A stretch of 64,000 nt of DNA from Eledone cirrhosa (Eukaryota): the NCBI GenBank assembly GCA_964016885.1, contig OZ024740.1, positions 62,434,001-62,498,000 of the forward strand, in the 5' to 3' direction. Numbering within the stretch: the first letter of the stretch is position 1; the number at the start of each line of letters is the position of its first letter. Positions 14,901 through 23,727 of this stretch are shown here, in pieces. The translations under genes and the position numbers were made by a program. The notes beneath the pieces were generated by a model, which had not been told where the DNA came from, did not search any database, and saw only the letters and a list, made by a program, of their open reading frames with translations.

Positions 14901-16067
14901 TCTTTATACAGCCCTTTACGTCGGTCAGTCCATGCACATAACCTTACTCCCACATCAACACCCCATCTTTATACAGCTCTTTAAGTCGGTCAGTTAATGC
15001 ACATAAGCTTACTCCCACATCAACACTCCATCTTTATACAGCCCTTTACGTCGGTCAGTCCATGCACATAACCTTACTCCCACATCAACACTCCATCTTT
15101 ATACAGCCCTTTACGTCGGTCAGTCCATGCACATAACATTACTCCCACATCAACACTCCATCTTTATACAGCCCTTTACGTCGGTCAGTTCATGCACATA
15201 AGCTTACTCCCACATCAACACTCCATCTTTATACAGCACTTTACGTCGGTCAGTCCATCCACACAAGCTTACTCCCACATCAACACTCCATCTTTATACA
15301 GCCCTTTACGTCGGTCAGTCCTTCCACATAACCTTACTCCCACATCAACACTCCATCTTTATACAGCCCTATACGTCGGTCAATTCATGCACATAAACTT
15401 ACTCCCACATCAACACTCCATATTTATACAGCCCTTTATGTCGGTCAGTCCATGCACATAACCTTATTCCCACATCAACACTCCATCTTTATACAGCTCT
15501 TTACGTCGGTCAGTTCATGCACATAAGCTTACTCCCACATCAACACTCCATCTTTATACACCCCTTTACGTCGGTCAGTTCATGCACATAACCTTACTCA
15601 CACATCAACACTCCATCTTTATACAGCCCTTTACGTCGGTCAGTTCATGCACATAAGCTTACTCCCTCATCAACACTCCATCTTTATACAGCACTTTACG
15701 TCGGTCAGTCCATCCACACAAGCTTACTCCCACATCAACACTCCATCTTTATACAGCCCTTTACGTCGGTCAGTTCATGCACATAAGCTTACTCCCACAT
15801 CAACACTCCATCTTTATACAGCCCTTTACGTCGGTCAGTCCATCCACATAAGCTTACTCCCACATCAACACTCCATCTTTATACACCCCTTTACGTCGGT
15901 CAGTCCATCCACATAAGCTTACTCCCACATCAACACTCCATCTTTATACAGCCCTTTACATCGGTCAGTTCATTCACATAAGCTTACTGCCACATCAACA
16001 CTCCATCTTTATACAGCCCTTTACGTCGGTCAGTTCATGCACATAACCTTACTCCCACATCAACACT
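2941..16067. repeat. 65-bp tandem satellite, about 200 copies, with higher-order blocks
   Basis: Monomer ATCTTTATACAGCCCTTTACGTCGGTCAGTTCATGCACATAAGCTTACTCCCACATCAACACTCC. Phase is kept throughout except for one 1-bp deletion near 9700. Confidence 0.98.
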
Positions 16068-16219
16068 CTCTCAGCAGCCCGTCGCCGGTCTCCTTCTCCT
16101 TCAAACATAAGAACACATATTTACGCGCACACACACGCACTTACACGCACGCCCACACACGCATGCACACACACCAACACACGCACACATGCTCACATGT
16201 CGACCCCACATATACATTG

Positions 16220-16475
16220 ATTACCTTCCTTTCTAAACCTCTCTAACGCGGAAAATGCCCCCTTGACCAGCTACTCTTCAAGATGGCCGACTGAACACGC
16301 ACGTGTGCTTTATCTTCCTCCTTTTTTTCCTCATTGCCGTTCCTTCCTGTCATCACTCTTTGCTTTCTATTTATCTTCTATTTCTAACTGTATTTGCTGA
16401 TGATAGACTAGTGTCTGAAACGTTAAGACTCTCTTTCTGCTATTTCAAGCGTTAAACTAATACATTTCTTCCATC
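16220..16475 (+). mobile_element. Penelope-like terminal-repeat remnant with a minimal hammerhead core at 16393-16428
   Basis: TTTG-CTGATGA-T-AGAC-TAGT-GTCT-GAAAC-GTT-AAGA; the surrounding sequence matches the reverse complement of 438-665. Confidence 0.65.
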
Positions 16476-16512
16476 TAATGTGTCGCTGTTTCACTATTTC
16501 TGTTTACCTTAT

Positions 16513-16672
<160 letters not shown>

Positions 16673-16885
16673 GTACACACATTTATATATATATACTGAT
16701 ATATATATTATAATTGAATATAAAAGAAAGACAAACACAGACATATACATATATGTGTTCACATCGCAAGGGACCAGATTCGCTAAGGTGAAAAGAATAC
16801 TAACTATAGACAATAGGGTTTGCCAGATTCAATTTAAGAATAAATCAAGAAAATAAATACAAACCGGAATTGTGGTAACTACCAA

Positions 16886-16966
16886 TCACCCAGACAGCTT
16901 TTGGTACTGCTGTTTCGCAATATTAATTGTGAATAGGAATGCCAATTCTTGCTCATCAGTGGGTGA
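16886..16966 (-). ncRNA. Canonical type I hammerhead ribozyme
   Basis: Minus strand: TCACCCA (stem I), CTGATGA, GCAA...TTGC (stem II, extendable by AATTG/CAATT), GAA, ACAGC-agtaccaaaa-GCTGT (stem III), C, TGGGTGA (stem I partner). All core nucleotides are present; the cleavage triplet is GUC. Confidence 0.88.
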
Positions 16967-17523
16967 AGAATTAGTATCCTAACCACTTCTAAGTATATTA
17001 AGGAACTGAATAGTGTGCGTATATATAACAACGCACATGGTATCTGAACTTAGCACGTATCACAAACTTACACCACTAAAAATAGCAGCCAGGTTTATTC
17101 GACATTTGAATTAGCTCAACAAATTAACGGAGCCGAATATATCAAAGGTATATATTGAGATAGGAACTCATATTAGTCTCTTACAATAAAATAGCTCTAG
17201 GAAAGAACACATATATGTATATATCTGTGTTCGTCTTTCTTTTATATTCAATTATAATATAAGGCTCGGAAAAATCTCTTTCCTAAAGCTATTTTATTGT
17301 AAGAGACTTTATAATAAATGTTCGGTGAATCCATACGTACATATATATATGTGTGCATGTATGTATATATATATATACATATATGTATACCGACGTACAG
17401 TAGTATATATATATATACATACTACTGTACGTCGGTATACATATATGTATGTACGTGTACATACTTATATTTAAGTAACAGCCGTACTAAGAGTGGGAAA
17501 TGAAATTTCCTTTCATTTTTTCC

Positions 17524-17526
<3 letters not shown>

Positions 17527-17590
<64 letters not shown>

Positions 17591-17600
17591 TCTCCCCCTC

Positions 17601-17641
<41 letters not shown>

Positions 17642-17665
17642 TTATATATATATATATATATATCT

Positions 17666-17729
<64 letters not shown>

Positions 17730-17780
17730 ATATATATATATATATGTGTGTGTGTGTTTGTATGTGTGTGTGTATGTTTG

Positions 17781-17831
<51 letters not shown>

Positions 17832-17842
17832 ATATGTGTGTA
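17527..17842. repeat. Compound (TA)n/(TC)n/(TG)n microsatellite
   Basis: Direct reading. Confidence 0.95.
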
Positions 17843-18237
17843 TAACTACAAACACAACCAAACTTTATATTAAATATTAAACGACACTACTCAACATCTT
17901 TTTGGTTATTTGTTTTTGTATATACAATATTTGATAGATATAGCACATGACTGTCTACGCATCGAAACAGAAAATTGACACGTTGCAACTGTCGCCATAA
18001 GTCCTGATACTAATGTTTGCTATGATTCTTTTGTTATCTTATCTCATCTTGACCGTGTTCAAGTGTGTGTACTTATTAGTTTGTGTGGTGTGTATGTGCG
18101 AGTGTGTGCGCGCGCGCGTGTGTGAGTGTGTGTGTGTACGTGCGTGCATGTGTGTGTGCGTGTGAGTGTGTGTGCGTGTGAGTATATGCGCGTGGTGTAT
18201 CAAAATGCTCGTTTGAGACGTGTTTATATGTTGTATC

Positions 18238-18302
<65 letters not shown>

Positions 18303-18352
18303 TTACAAATTAGTGAATGACATAAATACATATTTAATGACATTAATGTGGT

Positions 18353-18466
18353 CTGAGTTCAAATCCCGTCGAGGTTAACTTTGCCTTTCATCCTTACGGG
18401 GTCGATAAAATAAAGTACCAGTAATGTACTGGGTAATTGCTGGCCTTGTGCCAAAAGTCGAAACAA
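18353..18466 (+). mobile_element. tRNA-derived SINE, 5'-truncated copy
   Basis: CTGAGTTCAAATCCCGTCGAGGTTAACTTTGCCTTTCATCCTTACGGGGTCGATAAAATAAAGTACCAG with B-box GTTCAAATC; five copies in the window. Confidence 0.85.
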
Positions 18467-18589
18467 TTAATGTATAATAAGACATATCAAGGTTTAACAA
18501 GAGACAGTCTGTATAGAATGTAAGAATATATAGTTCGTTAGAGTATCATATTAAAATTTAACAAAAATTTAATAAAAAATTTAATAAAA

Positions 18590-18730
18590 ATTTTATAAAA
18601 ATCATATAAATTTGATAAAAATCATATAAATTTGATAAAAATCATATATACTTGATAAAAATCATATATACTTGATAAAAATCATATATACTTGATAAAA
18701 ATCATATATATTTGATAAAAATCATATATA
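18590..18730. repeat. 20-bp tandem repeat (ATCATATATACTTGATAAAA), about 7 copies
   Basis: Direct reading; lies in the left arm of the foldback at 18715-18975. Confidence 0.9.
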
Positions 18731-19036
18731 TTTCCCTCATATGTATCCTTCACAAATCATGAATACATTTCACCAAATATCGGTGCAGTTGGTATTTTGA
18801 TAACACCATGTGCTTCTCTCGTCTTCAGTTCTGTATGTTAACGGGTGTAAGTTTAGATAGATTGATTCCCTCACTGAAGATCCAGATCGATTATTTAACT
18901 GCACCGATATTTGGTGAAATGTATTCATGTTTTGTGAAGGATACATATAGGGGAAATATATATGATTTTTATCAGGTATTTATATTTAAAACTTTTGTTA
19001 AATTTTGATACGATACGATACTATACTATACGATAC

Positions 19037-19039
<3 letters not shown>

Positions 19040-19083
<44 letters not shown>
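19040..19083 (+). repeat. (AAT)n tract at the left boundary of the retrotransposon stack
   Basis: Direct reading; preceded by ATACTATACGATACT, which recurs before the (AAT)n tract at 23441. Confidence 0.95.
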
Positions 19084-19084
<1 letters not shown>

Positions 19085-19719
19085 TCCTCTCCTCTGTCTA
19101 CACTATATAGAACAGCCAAACTCACCAACACCAGAAACTAGATACACCACCCACCCCATCACCTGTGTACACTAAACACAACAGCCAGATAACGGCATTT
19201 TCACCACCACCGCTCACTACGGCCATCATTACCACCATTATCCCATCACCGCCGCCACCACCCCTTCACTCCCTCACTGCTACCACCGCTACAGCACCAT
19301 CACTACAGTAATACGCTCACATCACCGCCACCACTGCCTCGGTATTGACATCACCACCACCACTGTCTCAGTATCGCTACCGCCGCCAGTCCTCCACTTC
19401 TCCCGGCTGGCTGCTGCCACCACATTATAGAATCCCTACTGCTAAAAAAGAGGAAGGCATCAAAATATATAGATAGACTCAAAAGAAAAAAGAAAAAACA
19501 AACAACAAAACCAAAGCAGCACAGCAACAACAGCAAAAAACGAGAAAAACAAACAGAGAAAAACAAAAACAACCCCCCCCCCCAAACGTAAAGAAAATAA
19601 GAATGAAGAGAGAAGCAGGCGGACGGACAGAGAAGAGGGGGGGAAAAACTAAAACTTAAAAAACAAAAACTAAGTCAGACATTCGAACACTACATTACAC
19701 TGAAACTTATGCTTATTCA

Positions 19720-22700
19720 TTTTTGGGGCCCTTTCTGCCTGTGTGTTTGTTTGTTTATGTGTGTTCGTATACAGCGTGGTGATAATGCCACACAAGGGCC
19801 AAGTGGAATGGCGGATCCACAGATGGCTATGTAACCATACATTCGCCAATCCTCGATAAGACTGTTTAAATATCGAACATAAACAGTTCGAATAACGGTG
19901 AAATGGAGACTAGAACGTCATGTGACAGACTCTCACCCAACAGGTGCCCCCTGGCTCAGCAGCAGGAACCTGACTGTCAACCAAATACTGCTGATGTTGG
20001 AGGAAGGAGAAGAAGGAAAGGAGCCAGACCAACTGGACGAAAGAATTGAATAGAACTGTTATGCAATGTTACCTGAAAAGTAACCCCAAGGAGAGGGGCT
20101 ACAGGAGACGGATGCATAACATCTGGAACGAGATTGGTTTATTTAAATTAGATGAACAAAAATTGGCCGGGCAGGCTCGGGTAATAAGAACTAATGGGTG
20201 GATAAGCGAGCTGGAACTGGAGGAACTGAGCAGAGAGAATGGCTTGGAGATGGCGGGTGTAGTATGCCAGACAAGCGAGCCAGTGGGAAATGAAGGTGAA
20301 GAGGTCCTGAGAACGGAGGAACCACCCGAAGCAGACAATGATCTGAATACTGAGATAAATAATACCTGGAACAGAGATACGGCCACTGAGGAGATGAATG
20401 CTGACGGGCTAGGACAAGATTCGGTTGACATCCTAAATTTAGTGGTAGATGAATTGAACAATGATAGTGGGAGACCTATGAATCTAAGATTTGTAGACAG
20501 GAAAAAGTTAAAAGAAACAACAGCTAAGGTAAACAAAGTCATCCCATACCTTGAGGCGAGGAGCCTTCACCAGTGCAACAATATCCTCAAAGCAACAGCA
20601 AATACGGTGAGGAAACTACTTGGTATAAAAGCGAGAGGAAACAACAGACAAGAAAGAGCAGAGCCGTGGTGGAAGAAGCGACTGAGTGGGCAAATCGGGG
20701 AAATGAGAAATGACATAGGAAAGCTTGAGTCACTACTGAATGGGACACTAAAAAACATAGGCACTAAAAATAGACTGGAAATAAAATACAAAACTAGGAG
20801 GAAAAAGCTAAATATTATCATAGAGGAACTGAAGCAACGCATTGTAGCAAAGAGTGCAAAAATCAGGCGATACGAGAACAGAGTCAGTCAGTATAAACAG
20901 AACCGCATGTTCGACAACAACCAGAAGATGCTGTTTGGACAGCTTGAGGGGAAAGAAAGAGGCAACGACTTGATCCCTGGGGCGGAGCAAACTAAAACAT
21001 TCTGGAGAGGAATATGGGAGCAGGATGTTAGACATAATGTCCAGGCAGGGTGGATTGAGACAGTACAGAGGGAGATCGGTGAGCAGGCACAACAACAAAC
21101 TGATTTGAGTATCACAGTTGAAACTCTTAAGGGGCAGGCCAAAAAACTAACCAACTGGAAATCACAGGGCCCAGATGGTGTGCAGGGGTATTGGATTAAA
21201 CATTTAACATCCCTCCACCCGAAGCTGACGGCCATGTTCAATGACTGCTTGGTGTCGGGTGAGGTGCCAGAGTGGTTGACAAAAGGTACCACAGTTCTGA
21301 TAATGAAAGACCGAATCAAGGGTAATGATGTTACCAACTATAGACCTATCACATGTCTGTCCGTAATGTGGAAACTGTTGACGAGCATTGTGTCTGAGGA
21401 AATCTACCATCACCTCCACACAAACAACTTGTTACCGGACGAACAGAAAGGATGCCGAAAGAAGTCACGTGGTACAAAGGACCAGTTACTTGTTGATAAG
21501 ATGGTAATGGGGAATTGCAGGAGGAGACACACTGATCTTGCCATGGGATGGATAGACTACAGAAAGGCATTTGACATGGTGCCTCATTCTTGGATCACCA
21601 AAAGCCTGGAGATCTTCAGGGTGGCAGATAACATCAGACAGTTGCTGGGCAGGAGTATGGGGTCCTGGGAGACAGAGTTGACATCAACTGGAGTATCCTT
21701 GGGAAGCGTGAAGATCAAGAGAGGTATCTTCCAGGGAGATAGCCTGTCCCCTCTGTTGTTTGTCCTTGCCCTGATGCCCTTGACCATTATGCTGCGAAAA
21801 GTGAGAGCAGGATACAAGTTGGGAAGGGGAGAGCTTACCATCAATCACCTCCTCTTCATGGACGATCTTAAGCTCTTCGGGAAAAGTGAGAAGGAGTTGG
21901 ATGTGCTTGTTGACACTGTCCGTATTTTCAGCAGTGATATATGTATGCAGTTTGGTATTGGTAAATGTGGAGTCATTGTGATGAGGAGGGGTAGGTTGAG
22001 CAGAAGTAACGGGATCCAGATACCAACAGGTGAGATGATAAAGGAAATTGACTCTGAGGAAGGATACAAGTATTTGGGCGTTCTGGAGGCTGATGGCATA
22101 AAGAACAAAAAAATGAAGGAATTGTTAAGAACTGAATACATTCGGAGAGTAAGGAGCGTATTGAAGTCACATCTGAACAGCAGAAATGCCATAAGCGCAG
22201 TAAATTCCCGAGCTGTGTCTATTATTAGGTACAGTGCGGGAATTCTGAGATGGAATGTTGCTGAACAAAAAGAAATGGATAGGAAGACTAGGAAGCTATT
22301 GACTATCTACAACATGTTCCACAAGAGGAGTGATGTCGATAGACTCTACCTAAGGAGATCTGAGGGTGGAAGAGGTCTTATCAGCATAGAGGACTGTGTT
22401 CGGATGGAGAAAAACAACCTATACAAATACGTGACCTATAGTAAGGAGCCAATGCTCAGAACTGTACTGAAGGAGGGGACAGTAGGCCAGGGGATGTCCA
22501 AGGAGGAAATAACATCAAGGAGGAAGAGCAGCCTTAAGGGAAAATCCCTTCATAGTACCTTCTTTGAGAAAACTGAATTTAGAGATCCACAGACATGGAA
22601 CTGGTTGAGAAGAGGAGACCTCAAAAAGGCTACAGAAGGAATGCTAATGGCTGCGCAGGAGCAGGCCCTCAAAACGAAGTGGTTGAAGCACCATATTTAC

Positions 22701-23395
22701 AAGGAGGAGGCTAGCCCACTGTGCAGGATCTGTGGAGAGAGAGAGGAGACTGTGGCTCACATTGTGTCCGAGTGTAAACACCTAGCCCAGACCCACTATA
22801 AGGGCTGGAAACACGATGTGATGGGCAGGGTGATCCACTGGCACCTGTGCAAAGTAAACAATTTACCACATTCTGAGAAATGGTATGAGCATAGGCCAGA
22901 GGCGGTGATGGAGAAAAATCAGGTGAAGGTGCTGTGGGATTTTAGGATACAGACGGACAAAAAACTGGAACACAATAGACCTGACCTGGTGGTTGTGGAC
23001 AAAGAAAAAAGATCGTGTCTGATTGTGGATGTGGCCTGCCCATTCGACACGAGAGTGCAAGAGAAGGAGAGGGAGAAAATTAACCGATACCAGGACCTAA
23101 AGTGGGAGGTGAAAAGGATTTGGAACTGCCATGAAGTCAAAGTGATCCCGATTGTCATAGGCGCACTGGGGACTATCTCCAAAAGTTTCCAGGGATGGTT
23201 AAAGAAAATCGGCCCCTTCACGCTTTTTGGAACGCTTCAAAAGGCATGCTTGCTTGGAACAGCAAGAACCCTCCGATACGTCCTGAATATCTGAGGCTGC
23301 AGGTAGTGGCTTGATATTCAATCCAACGGACTTTCCAGTTAACCAACATCAATGACTGAGATTCAAGGAATAACAACAATAATAATACTATAATA
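19720..23395 (+). mobile_element. Near full-length R4/Dong-clade non-LTR retrotransposon (RLE type); 5' boundary approximate
   Basis: Single long ORF with RT, CCHC and restriction-like endonuclease; about 75 bp of 3'UTR; AAT-rich tail at 23369-23397. Confidence 0.9.
20046..23294 (+). CDS. Dong/R4 protein: reverse transcriptase, CCHC zinc finger and PD-(D/E)XK restriction-like endonuclease (1082 aa; probably starts at ATG 19903 across one frameshift)
   Basis: RT motifs GPDGVQG, NYRPITCL, WIDYRKAFDMVPH, GIFQGDSLSPLLF, HLLFMDDLKLF; CRICGEREETVAHIVSEC; KHD; RPDLVVVD...IVDVACP...EKINRYQDL. An upstream frame from ATG 19903 joins by a 1-nt shift between 19995 and 20030. Confidence 0.93.
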   Translation: MNRTVMQCYLKSNPKERGYRRRMHNIWNEIGLFKLDEQKLAGQARVIRTNGWISELELEELSRENGLEMAGVVCQTSEPVGNEGEEVLRTEEPPEADNDLNTEINNTWNRDTATEEMNADGLGQDSVDILNLVVDELNNDSGRPMNLRFVDRKKLKETTAKVNKVIPYLEARSLHQCNNILKATANTVRKLLGIKARGNNRQERAEPWWKKRLSGQIGEMRNDIGKLESLLNGTLKNIGTKNRLEIKYKTRRKKLNIIIEELKQRIVAKSAKIRRYENRVSQYKQNRMFDNNQKMLFGQLEGKERGNDLIPGAEQTKTFWRGIWEQDVRHNVQAGWIETVQREIGEQAQQQTDLSITVETLKGQAKKLTNWKSQGPDGVQGYWIKHLTSLHPKLTAMFNDCLVSGEVPEWLTKGTTVLIMKDRIKGNDVTNYRPITCLSVMWKLLTSIVSEEIYHHLHTNNLLPDEQKGCRKKSRGTKDQLLVDKMVMGNCRRRHTDLAMGWIDYRKAFDMVPHSWITKSLEIFRVADNIRQLLGRSMGSWETELTSTGVSLGSVKIKRGIFQGDSLSPLLFVLALMPLTIMLRKVRAGYKLGRGELTINHLLFMDDLKLFGKSEKELDVLVDTVRIFSSDICMQFGIGKCGVIVMRRGRLSRSNGIQIPTGEMIKEIDSEEGYKYLGVLEADGIKNKKMKELLRTEYIRRVRSVLKSHLNSRNAISAVNSRAVSIIRYSAGILRWNVAEQKEMDRKTRKLLTIYNMFHKRSDVDRLYLRRSEGGRGLISIEDCVRMEKNNLYKYVTYSKEPMLRTVLKEGTVGQGMSKEEITSRRKSSLKGKSLHSTFFEKTEFRDPQTWNWLRRGDLKKATEGMLMAAQEQALKTKWLKHHIYKEEASPLCRICGEREETVAHIVSECKHLAQTHYKGWKHDVMGRVIHWHLCKVNNLPHSEKWYEHRPEAVMEKNQVKVLWDFRIQTDKKLEHNRPDLVVVDKEKRSCLIVDVACPFDTRVQEKEREKINRYQDLKWEVKRIWNCHEVKVIPIVIGALGTISKSFQGWLKKIGPFTLFGTLQKACLLGTARTLRYVLNI

Positions 23396-23439
23396 ATATA
23401 TATACGATACTATGATATATATACGATACTATACGATAC

Positions 23440-23485
<46 letters not shown>

Positions 23486-23727
23486 TTTTCTTTATTAACC
23501 ACAAGGGTTCACATAAAGTAGACATTAAGGACAGTACAGGACAATACAGGACGGTATAAATGGGCATTTCTGCGTGTAAAAAAACAGAGGTTGAAATAAA
23601 ATAACAAAGAAAAATTCCCCAATAGGGGGGAGACTTCCAAGGGACATTTGTGGAGAAAGCCCATTAAAAGACCACAGTGGCCCTGACCACCAGGGCAAGT
23701 GCCCTCTCCCAGTTTTCCACCTTTAAT

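Noticed and set aside
2941-16067. CRISPR-like array or repeat-protein gene (MHISLLPHQHSIF ORFs)
   Set aside because: There are no unique spacers, the 65-bp unit is not a multiple of 3, and stops recur regularly; it is a plain satellite.
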